Assembly (NCBI GenBank): GCA_937929945.1
Contig: CALFUK010000016.1
Span: 9,379 to 73,378, forward strand
Source of the DNA: an uncultured Saprospiraceae bacterium
GTDB taxonomy: Bacteria; Bacteroidota; Bacteroidia; Chitinophagales; Saprospiraceae
Length of the DNA stretch: 64,000 bases
Reading direction: 5' to 3'
Shown: positions 49,203-57,717 of the stretch, piece by piece
How positions within the stretch are numbered: position 1 is the stretch's first letter
Layout of the letters: every line of letters starts with the position of its first letter
Translations under genes and position numbers: made by a program
The notes under the pieces: model-generated
Told to the model about the DNA's origin: nothing
Database searches by the model: none
What the model saw: only the letters and a program-made list of their open reading frames with translations

Positions 49203-50246
49203 ATGTTTGACAAGACAAAGAAGCTGGCCATCTACATGCAGGACAGCCTAAACACTGATTACGGCAAAATGGGATTTGGCGTCATGCGCTATACAGATCA
49301 CCCCGTAGCCTGCGTGATCGATGATAATTTTACAGGACAGACGGTTCGCAGCGCAGTCGGACAGCCGTTTGAGATTCCTGTTGTGGCTACGATTGCGGAG
49401 GCAGAAGCCTTAGGTGCTGAGATTTTGGTCTTAGGGACCGCGCCATCTGGTGGAAAGTTTCCTGATGCATGGGTCGCTCCAGTGGAGGAGGCTCTTACTG
49501 CAGGTATGTCTCTTATCAATGGGCTCCATGATCGCCTGGCGGACCGCTTTGCTTCGCACATTCAGTCTGATCATCCGAGCCAGAAGATATGGGATGTGCG
49601 GCAGCCCACATTCAGCCCCACCATTGCGATGGCCAGAGCTGCCACACTTAGTAATAAGCGAGTGCTAATGGTCGGTACAGATATGGCAGCTGGTAAGATG
49701 ACGACGGGCCTCGAGGTATATAAGTGGGTCAAGCAGCAAGGCATCAGTACAGATTTCATCGCGACAGGACAGATTGGGATCACGGTGACGGGCAGGGGAG
49801 TGCCGCTGGATGCAGTCATCGTAGACCAGGCGGCTGGAGCCATCGAGACCTTAGTCATGGAGTCTAGTGAGCATGACATCGTATTCATTGAGGGTCAGGG
49901 ATCACTGCTTCATCCTGGTAGTACTGCTACCTTGCCATTGATGCGCGGGAGTTGTGCCACACACTTGATTTTGTGCCACAGAGCATTCGCGACTACCCTG
50001 AGGAATCCATCTCATATCCAGGTGCCATCTCTAAAAGATTTCATTAAGCTTAATGAAGAACTAACAGGCGTGTGTGGCTCACTCACCCAGGCGGCCTGCG
50101 TCGGTGTATCGCTCAATACCTATGGTATGACGGAAGAGGCTGCCAAACATAAGATTGACGAAGTAGAACAATTGACGGGACTGCCTGCGACTGATGTCAT
50201 TCGCTACGGACCAGATAAATTAGCTCAAGCCATCATAAATTCATAA
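49203..50246 (+). CDS. DUF1611-family protein (frequent neighbour of dipeptide epimerases)
   Basis: 347 aa, co-operonic (4-nt gap) with epimerase. Assignment from memory of family and context. Confidence 0.4.
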   Translation: MFDKTKKLAIYMQDSLNTDYGKMGFGVMRYTDHPVACVIDDNFTGQTVRSAVGQPFEIPVVATIAEAEALGAEILVLGTAPSGGKFPDAWVAPVEEALTAGMSLINGLHDRLADRFASHIQSDHPSQKIWDVRQPTFSPTIAMARAATLSNKRVLMVGTDMAAGKMTTGLEVYKWVKQQGISTDFIATGQIGITVTGRGVPLDAVIVDQAAGAIETLVMESSEHDIVFIEGQGSLLHPGSTATLPLMRGSCATHLILCHRAFATTLRNPSHIQVPSLKDFIKLNEELTGVCGSLTQAACVGVSLNTYGMTEEAAKHKIDEVEQLTGLPATDVIRYGPDKLAQAIINS

Positions 50247-50840
50247 ATGGAAATACTGAGAAAACTATTTGGGCCTTATAAAGATGAAGTCTGGGCCCAG
50301 CTGGCGCACGAGTTTGGCGGCGACTTTTTAGAGGGTGGCCTCTGGAATAAAGATGTCGTGCATGTCCAGGTGGATGCCTGGGAGATCGTGTTGGATACAT
50401 TTACCAGAAAGCAGGGTAAGCACAGGAAGACATACACCAGAATCATGGCTCCTTTTGTTAATCGAGATGATCTTTATTTTAAGATTTATCGTGCTGGATT
50501 CTTCACAGGCGTGGCTAAATATTTTGGCATGAAGGACATTCAGATTAATGACGAGTACTTTGATAAAGAATTTGTCATTAAGGGAAATGATGAATTTAAG
50601 ATCACCTGGATTCTGGATAACCCTGCGATGAAAGAGCAGCTGACTAATACAGAGCATGTCCATTTCGAGATTAAAAATAATGAAGGTCTTTTTTATAAAG
50701 ATGATTACAGTGAGGGTATCGACGAACTCTACTTTGAGAAGCGCGGAGTCATAAAGGACATCAATGAGCTACGGCATTTATTCCAGCTGTTTGCCCTCAT
50801 CTTGGATAAGATCACCGAGCTGGATTCTGGCTATGCCTAA
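50247..50840 (+). CDS. Hypothetical protein (197 aa), third gene of epimerase operon
   Basis: Start abuts the previous stop. No recognisable motif. Confidence 0.4.
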   Translation: MEILRKLFGPYKDEVWAQLAHEFGGDFLEGGLWNKDVVHVQVDAWEIVLDTFTRKQGKHRKTYTRIMAPFVNRDDLYFKIYRAGFFTGVAKYFGMKDIQINDEYFDKEFVIKGNDEFKITWILDNPAMKEQLTNTEHVHFEIKNNEGLFYKDDYSEGIDELYFEKRGVIKDINELRHLFQLFALILDKITELDSGYA

Positions 50841-50892
50841 GGCTCGCGCACACGGTAAAAATATAAAGTGAAGGACAGAGTAAATAGCAAAG

Positions 50893-51315
50893 ATGAATTA
50901 TAAAAAATCAATCGTGGGAAGTACGATCGCATTGATCGCGGGACTGAGTTGCTGCTGGCTTCCAGCCTTGCTTATCGCATTGGGTGGCGGGAGCACGCTT
51001 CTGAGCTTCAGCGATGGCGTGGAGAGTCTAAGTGGTATTTTCCTGACCCTCGGCGCAGGGCTCTTAGCATACGGCCTGTATCAATACCGCCAGAGATCTA
51101 CAACAACTCGTGTTGCCATTCTGCAATCCATCATCACCTGCCCTGAATGTGGTCATGAAAAACATGAGACTATGCCGACTAATGCCTGCCAATACTTCTA
51201 TGAATGTGAAAATTGTGCTATTGTACTGAAGCCTCGAGCCCAAGACTGTTGTGTCTATTGCAGCTATGGCACAGTGGCATGTCCACCGATTCAGTTAGAC
51301 GAGGGCTGCTGTTGA
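50893..51315 (+). CDS. Small Cys-rich membrane protein, MerT-like N-terminus (TM CC pair) + C-terminal Cys-rich metal-binding tail
   Basis: GLSCCWLPALLIALGGG resembles MerT TM1 (TCCLxPLVLxALG). C-terminal CPECGH...CENC...DCCVYCSYG...CPP (12 Cys). Confidence 0.4.
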   Translation: MNYKKSIVGSTIALIAGLSCCWLPALLIALGGGSTLLSFSDGVESLSGIFLTLGAGLLAYGLYQYRQRSTTTRVAILQSIITCPECGHEKHETMPTNACQYFYECENCAIVLKPRAQDCCVYCSYGTVACPPIQLDEGCC

Positions 51316-51402
51316 GGGGGTGAGTTTTACTTGGTAAGACTGTAGGCTGTTGGAGCCCAGTTAATTTTATAAATACTAAGCTGAATTATAGAAATAAACT
51401 AG

Positions 51403-52092
51403 ATGATCGAGAACCTTCCAACTTGGATTGAGATAGGATTTATAGCAACATGCATCCTGACCATAGGTCTTTTTCATTATTCGAATGGAAAACCAAATGG
51501 AATGACTTTTTTAATTGTGGTATGGTCCATAATGCATTCGGTGCTGGCGTATACAGGCTTTTACCAAATCACAGACACAAGTCCACCAAGATTTGCATTG
51601 GTATTGCTGCCAGTGACAGCCTTAGTGATCTATGGCTTGCTAACCAAGCAAAAAAGATATTTCCAAAAAAAGAAGATGCGTCTGAGCACTTTCTTACACT
51701 CAGTTCGTCTACCAGTCGAAATTATTTTATTCGGACTTTTCACGCATGAGATGATTCCTGAGTTAATGACTTTTGAGGGTAGAAATTATGATATCATCGT
51801 GGGCATTACCGCACCGATCATTGGATTATTGTATCTAAAAAGTAAAGTTAGCAGACAGCTTTTGCTGCTCTGGAATATTATCGGTCTGGGCTTTATCTTC
51901 TTTATTTTGATTAACGGTATTTTATCAGCAGAACTTCCATTTCAACAATTTGGTTTTGAGCAACCGAACCGAGCAATAAATTATTTTCCTTTTATTCTTT
52001 TGCCAGCGACTATCGTACCTCTCGTGATTTGGACTCATTTATCAGATATTATAAATCTAAGGCAGGAAATAAAAATGACCACAAAAAAGTAA
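51403..52092 (+). CDS. Hypothetical polytopic membrane protein (229 aa)
   Basis: Six predicted TM helices. No motif. Confidence 0.35.
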   Translation: MIENLPTWIEIGFIATCILTIGLFHYSNGKPNGMTFLIVVWSIMHSVLAYTGFYQITDTSPPRFALVLLPVTALVIYGLLTKQKRYFQKKKMRLSTFLHSVRLPVEIILFGLFTHEMIPELMTFEGRNYDIIVGITAPIIGLLYLKSKVSRQLLLLWNIIGLGFIFFILINGILSAELPFQQFGFEQPNRAINYFPFILLPATIVPLVIWTHLSDIINLRQEIKMTTKK

Positions 52093-52174
52093 TTTCCAAT
52101 TTAACTCTAGTTTAGTTGGCCATAGATTCGGACTGTGTCATTTACTTCTGTATCTACTGATAAGCATGATCTAA

Positions 52175-53380
52175 TCACTCGAGGCCATTCAGATAAGCAC
52201 CTACATACATACCCATACTGACACAGCCCTGGATGAGGTATCCTCCGGTAGGAGCATGCCAGCCCAGCATTTCTCCGATGCAGAATGCATCATTCATATC
52301 CTGCAATCTAAAGTGCTGGTCTACGGCATCGAAGTGTATGCCACCAAGGGTAGAGATGGCCTCATCGATGGGGGCTGCACTATGCAGGGTGATCGGGTAT
52401 TGCTTAATGTATCGGACGAGTACAGGTAAGTCTAAGAATTCTTCTTTCGTCAGCTGGGTCTTGAGAAGATAGATCTGGGCCTTGCTTAGTTTCAGGATGT
52501 CTCGCAGGGTACTTGTTTGGTTGACAGTAGATTCCTTCAGCTTCTTCATGATGGTCTCTGGGGTGAGTGTCGGCTTGAAGTCTATCAGCACCTGAGCTGC
52601 TGTGCCTGCTGTGAGTTTCTTCTGGATCTGTTCACTAAGGGCGTAGATGGCATTACCTTCTAAGCCAAAGTCAGTGATGACCACCTCACCTGCTTGTTGC
52701 TGATTGTCGATACTGATGCTGATGTTTTTCCAAGGCTCACCAGCATATCTTCTGATGAACTCTTCTGGCCACTTGACCTCAAATGCGCAATTAGCCGCCT
52801 GAAAAGCAGTGGTCTTGATACCTCGCTCAGTGAAGTGGGGCAGCCACTGGCCATCAGATCCGGTGACCTTCCAGCTGGCACCACCTAAGGCAAATACAGT
52901 GAAGTCCGCAGTCATGGTATCACCCCCAGTAAATTTGATTGTTCCTTCAGGAGTCCAACCACAGAATTCATGGTCGAATTTCAGCTTGACCTGTTGCTCC
53001 TTTAGTTGGGCTTCGATGGCTTGTAAGACTTGGATCGGCTTGATGCCTTTCTCAGGGAAGATTCTTTGACTACTGCCGACAAAGGTCGGTATTCCTATGG
53101 ATTTCAGCCAGTCTCTCAGGTCTTGATTCGAAAAGTGATGGACCACATGATCCATGCACTTCTCAGGTGTATAGCGACTCTTTAATTGAGTGGGGTCTTC
53201 AGCGTAGCTCATGTTAAATCCTCCGTCACCGGCCACTAAAAATTTTCTCCCGAGAGCATTCTTTTTCTCATAGATTGTCACCTGGTAAAGATCAGGATCA
53301 ATGGCAGCCGCAAGACTCATGCCGGCCGTACCTCCACCGATGATGGCAACCGTTCTCTTTGTCGTTTTTTTCATGTTCAT
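52175..53380 (-). CDS. HI0933/BaiN-like FAD-dependent oxidoreductase (aminoacetone oxidase family flavoprotein)
   Basis: VAIIGGGTAGMSLAA dinucleotide-binding motif. 401 aa. Confidence 0.75.
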   Translation of the reverse strand: MNMKKTTKRTVAIIGGGTAGMSLAAAIDPDLYQVTIYEKKNALGRKFLVAGDGGFNMSYAEDPTQLKSRYTPEKCMDHVVHHFSNQDLRDWLKSIGIPTFVGSSQRIFPEKGIKPIQVLQAIEAQLKEQQVKLKFDHEFCGWTPEGTIKFTGGDTMTADFTVFALGGASWKVTGSDGQWLPHFTERGIKTTAFQAANCAFEVKWPEEFIRRYAGEPWKNISISIDNQQQAGEVVITDFGLEGNAIYALSEQIQKKLTAGTAAQVLIDFKPTLTPETIMKKLKESTVNQTSTLRDILKLSKAQIYLLKTQLTKEEFLDLPVLVRYIKQYPITLHSAAPIDEAISTLGGIHFDAVDQHFRLQDMNDAFCIGEMLGWHAPTGGYLIQGCVSMGMYVGAYLNGLE

Positions 53381-53412
53381 CTTTATTTACGTGTTCGCGC
53401 TTTTGACACATG

Positions 53413-55590
53413 TCAAAGCACTAATAAGCCCTGATGGCGCAGTGCGTCCATGGGCCGATCATACCAGAAGGAGAGAAAGTCGGCGTGCTCTTGCTCATAG
53501 CTTTTTCTGAATTCCTTCATAGTGATGCTTTGCCCATGAGTAGCTGATAGCTTTATTAGCGTTTTAAGCAGCCATTCACCTGGACCCTGTTTTATTTTTA
53601 TCCGCTCTTGGCTCTGTCTATCATACACCTCGAATCTCATGATGCCATCAGCTATGGTAGCCTCCCCGACTGACCCGATCCATACCAAAAGGGCACTAGG
53701 CCTGAGCCCCACTTCAGGGACCTCGATCAGGCAGGACTCTATAAAATCTGTGGCTACACTGGTCTCTGGTATTTTGAAGTCAAACCATTCTTGCAGCGGA
53801 AAATCAAGGCAAACACCATGCATATAGTTATACAGTGATTTCTTAAGCCCATAGCTGAATTGATCATGATCGATGCCCGTACGATCTGTGAATGCCACTT
53901 CATTATCCGCAAAGCTGACTGCCTGTGGATGAGCGATCACACCAAAAGCTTCTGGCTCCATACCCACTGGACTGTGCGCCGTCATAGCGAACTGATGCCA
54001 GAACCCTGAATGGAGCACACCCAACTCAAACAACTGTCTGACCATCTCCAGGCTATCCACTGTCTCTTGTACGGTCTGTGTGGGATACCCGTACATCAGG
54101 TAGGCGTGTACCATGATACCAGATTCTGTAAAGTGGCGAGTCACTTGAGCTACTTGCTCTACAGTGACTCCCTTCTGGATAAGCGTTAGTAATCGGTTAG
54201 AGGCTACCTCCAAACCTCCAGATACGGCGATGCAGCCAGACGCCTGCAGCAGCCGGCAGAGATCATAGCTAAAGCTTTTCTCAAATCGAATATTGGTCCA
54301 CCAGCTGACCTGTAGCTCACGAGCTAATATCTCTAAGGCCACAGCTCGCATCAATGCTGGAGGAGCAGCTTCATCCACAAAGTGAAATCCGCGCTCACCT
54401 GTCTGAGCTATGATGGTCTCCATGCGGTCTACGATAAGGCTGGCGGTGATCGGCTCGTATAGCTTGATGTAGTCCAGTGAGATATCACAGAAGGTGCACT
54501 TACCCCAGTAACAACCGTGAGCCATGGTCAGCTTATTCCATCGGCCATCACTCCACAGGCTGTGCATGGGATTAGCCATTTCGATCACGGAGATGTATTG
54601 GTCCAGATGCAGGTCACTGTAGTCTGGCGTGCCCAGGTCAGCCTGCTTATAGTCTTGACGCAGGGATTCATTATGGTAGATCACTTGGTCTTCGACCTTG
54701 AGAAATGTGCGCTTATACAGCTTGTAATTTGGGTTTTGGGGGCTGGGATCCAGCACGTGGCTGATGAGTATTTCTATTGGCAGCTCGCCGTCGTCCAGGG
54801 TGATGTAGTCCATGTAGTCGAAGACTCTGGCGTCAGTGACTGAGCGCAGTTCTGTATTGGGGAAGCCTCCGCCCATCGCGATCTTAATCTCTGGATGAAT
54901 GCGCTTGATGTACTGAGCACACCGAAAAGCACTATACAGATTACCTGGAAAGGGGACAGACAGGCAGACTAATTTGGGCCGATGTTCTTCGATAAGCTCT
55001 TGTACGATTGGCAGGGTAAACTGATCGATGAAGCTCTCAGGACCTTGTAGTTCTTCATGCAGCTCATCAAAGCGATGGGCGCTCATGCCCAGTTTCTCTG
55101 CGTATCTGCTGAAGCCAAAGTGTGGGTCGAGGCAGGCTTTGATAAAGTCGGCGATGTCTTCTAGGTAAAGTGTGGCCAGGTACTTAGCTTTATCCTGGAT
55201 GCCCATACTACCGAAGGCCCACTCCAAGTCTTGCAGCTGAGTGAATCGGCTGGCCTGTGGCAGGTACTGCTCGGAGCAAATCAGTCTCGCGAGGGTCATC
55301 TGTTTGCCTTGTAGAAATGAGATCACAGAGCTAATGGTCTTAAGGTAGCTCTCTCTCAGATGATATATCCGGATGCTATTCTCATCTTTAATCGTCGATC
55401 TGCGCTCAGCCTCACCAAAGACTGTCTGTAAGCCATCAGAAGAAAATAGTGCGATGGTGACGTCGATCCCCAAATCAGCCTGATGAGCACTGATGCCTTT
55501 CGTATTGAGGAATCCTTTCAGATAGGCTGTTGCCGGATAGGGCGTGTTCAGCTGCGTGAAGGGAGGCGTGATGAGGAGTACGTCTTTCAA
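53413..55590 (-). CDS. B12-binding-domain radical SAM protein (725 aa), TTG start
   Basis: N-terminal B12-binding-like LLITPP...ATAYL fold, rSAM cluster motif GCYWGKCTFC (CX4CX2C as read). 32-nt gap to the downstream flavoprotein gene. Confidence 0.7.
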   Translation of the reverse strand: MKDVLLITPPFTQLNTPYPATAYLKGFLNTKGISAHQADLGIDVTIALFSSDGLQTVFGEAERRSTIKDENSIRIYHLRESYLKTISSVISFLQGKQMTLARLICSEQYLPQASRFTQLQDLEWAFGSMGIQDKAKYLATLYLEDIADFIKACLDPHFGFSRYAEKLGMSAHRFDELHEELQGPESFIDQFTLPIVQELIEEHRPKLVCLSVPFPGNLYSAFRCAQYIKRIHPEIKIAMGGGFPNTELRSVTDARVFDYMDYITLDDGELPIEILISHVLDPSPQNPNYKLYKRTFLKVEDQVIYHNESLRQDYKQADLGTPDYSDLHLDQYISVIEMANPMHSLWSDGRWNKLTMAHGCYWGKCTFCDISLDYIKLYEPITASLIVDRMETIIAQTGERGFHFVDEAAPPALMRAVALEILARELQVSWWTNIRFEKSFSYDLCRLLQASGCIAVSGGLEVASNRLLTLIQKGVTVEQVAQVTRHFTESGIMVHAYLMYGYPTQTVQETVDSLEMVRQLFELGVLHSGFWHQFAMTAHSPVGMEPEAFGVIAHPQAVSFADNEVAFTDRTGIDHDQFSYGLKKSLYNYMHGVCLDFPLQEWFDFKIPETSVATDFIESCLIEVPEVGLRPSALLVWIGSVGEATIADGIMRFEVYDRQSQERIKIKQGPGEWLLKTLIKLSATHGQSITMKEFRKSYEQEHADFLSFWYDRPMDALRHQGLLVL

Positions 55591-55957
55591 TGATCTGATG
55601 AATAAGTGTCCAATATAGATTGACTTTTCAAATGTCTAGAGTTTTGCATGAAATACCTGAGAGCAAAATGACTAAGTTTAATCTACTACTTGAGAATCAT
55701 ACACATTCATACCAAATGCGACCCCTACTCACAAATGCATTTTGGATTCGCTTAAGGTTTTTTCGATGCTGGCTGGCTATATTTATCCATGGGTCAGAAG
55801 CTATGATCACGATATAAATGTCGCAGGCTCTATGATAGGGATAAGCCTATATCTGAGTCAAGCCGACGACAAAACCTATCGTATATTTCATCCATAGACT
55901 GAAATTCCTAAAACAGTCTCTGAAACAGCTTATCTAGTGACTATAAAATTATAACCT

Positions 55958-56617
55958 ATGTGCTACTACCTTACGCTTAGCCTCTTGATTCTCATTAGTG
56001 TACCACATTCGCTGCTGAGTCAAGTCATCATCGACACGAGCTGTGAGACCAGTCAGCTAGAAAGTGGCACGAATGCGACAGGGCTGTATCAAGCCACTGA
56101 CAATCTCAGTTCTGTGGCGAGCATTGACCTGGGAGCCTCTGTGATCTACAATGCGGAGACACAGATCCAGCTTCTCCCGCAATTCTCCGTACCAGGGGGC
56201 AGCTGCTTTTTAGCAGAGATCACAGCTTGTGAGTCCGTACTAGCTGATGTGACGAATGTCAGTGTTAGTGGAAATCAAAATAGTTACAGCTTCTCGGTGA
56301 CCATAGAGAGTCCCGATACAGGCTGCAGCCAGTATGCTAACTGGTGGGAGGTCGTCAGCTTACAATGAGATCTGATCTATCGAAGAGTCCTTGGTCATAG
56401 TCATGTGAACGAACAGCCATTTATCCGATCTGGAGGGTCAGTCAATATCACTTCTACAGAAGAGGTCTACGTGAGAGCCTGGATGCATCCCACAGGATAC
56501 GGAGGCAAGGTGATGAAAGGATCCGTTGCTAATGGCTTCGCCTCGACGGTATTGTCTAAGCAGTTTGCAGTGGGACTAAGCCAGCAAGCACCATTACCAG
56601 GTAATTGTCCTTTTTAA
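55958..56617 (+). CDS. Secreted hypothetical protein, possibly interrupted by an in-frame TGA at 56366-56368 (track ORFs 55958..56368 and 56405..56617 share a frame)
   Basis: Signal peptide. 12 sense codons connect the two ORFs in-frame. Confidence 0.35.
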
Positions 56618-56630
56618 TGATTTAACGTAT

Positions 56631-57305
56631 TCAATACAGCAACTTCTCTGTAAAATAATTCAACATCTTCTCTACTTCATCGAACTCAGTATCCGTCACT
56701 GATACCTCTGTCAGTTTGGGCATGTGCTTAGCGAAGTAGATATGATTATTAGACATCTCGAAGAGATTGGAGGAAAGAGCAGCGGGATATTTGAAGTCAG
56801 GGTCTATCTCGGTGATGACCTTAGAGACTGACTCGGTGAGCTTATTGTAGTTTGTGAAAAAGCCCTTATCATTTTCTTTGTCTACTTCCTTTGTGTGATA
56901 GGCCTTCATGCCTTCGGAGATGACGACATCATGCAGGATACTTTCATTAATGTAGGCTATGTCTGGATTTTCTTTGGACGCGGAGACGAATGAATTGATG
57001 ATGATTTTTAATTTCTTTTTGGGGTCTGTGATGTTCCGTGTATTAATTTCTATCAGATAAGTCACCCACTCCCAATACCATGACACAAGATACAGCAGAA
57101 GCATGTGTTTGTTTTCAAAGTACCGATAGACAGACGCCTCAGTTGATTGTATCGCCGTAGCCAGTTTTTTGAAGGTGAAGCATTCGAAGCCTAATTCATT
57201 AATTAATAAAATACTGTGTTCTAATATCTTTTTACCTAATACAGAATCTTGGGGCTCCCGTAGATATAAGCCTTCATTCAGCTTGATTCTGATACCAATA
57301 CTCAT
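56631..57305 (-). CDS. TetR/AcrR family transcriptional regulator
   Basis: N-terminal HTH ILEHSILLINELGFECFTFKKLATAIQSTEASVYRYFENK. Confidence 0.8.
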   Translation of the reverse strand: MSIGIRIKLNEGLYLREPQDSVLGKKILEHSILLINELGFECFTFKKLATAIQSTEASVYRYFENKHMLLLYLVSWYWEWVTYLIEINTRNITDPKKKLKIIINSFVSASKENPDIAYINESILHDVVISEGMKAYHTKEVDKENDKGFFTNYNKLTESVSKVITEIDPDFKYPAALSSNLFEMSNNHIYFAKHMPKLTEVSVTDTEFDEVEKMLNYFTEKLLY

Positions 57306-57717
57306 GCTCGCGTATTTATGATGTATAAAGGTATAACATTAAGTAGTATATATGATAGTTCTATAACATCTGAAAGTGCTACCGCAAAGAGTTATGGAAC
57401 CTGATAGCTTATGGTATTACGCTGATACAATAGCGACTCGAGAGAGCTATTTTCAAGGGTCCTGATTCATATGTGTAGCAGGGCAGATGGGCTAGCTAAA
57501 ATTATATATCTTTCGAACATGAGAGCTAATACCTATACTGCTGTTGACATCGTGATGCGTCGCCTACAGCGTTCGTCGCCTGCACGCGGACATCAGTTAG
57601 AAAAGGATTACATTCTACACGTTTATCATAATACTGAGGCCTCGGCTCTTTTGTCGAGACTGGCAGATTTTTTATCATTCCAATTAACTCTTCCTTTTCT
57701 ACGAGGAGCCCTCTTGT

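Noticed and set aside
55620-55817. 65-aa plus-strand ORF upstream of the B12-rSAM gene
   Set aside because: No coding-like features. The region more plausibly carries the minus-strand rSAM promoter and leader.
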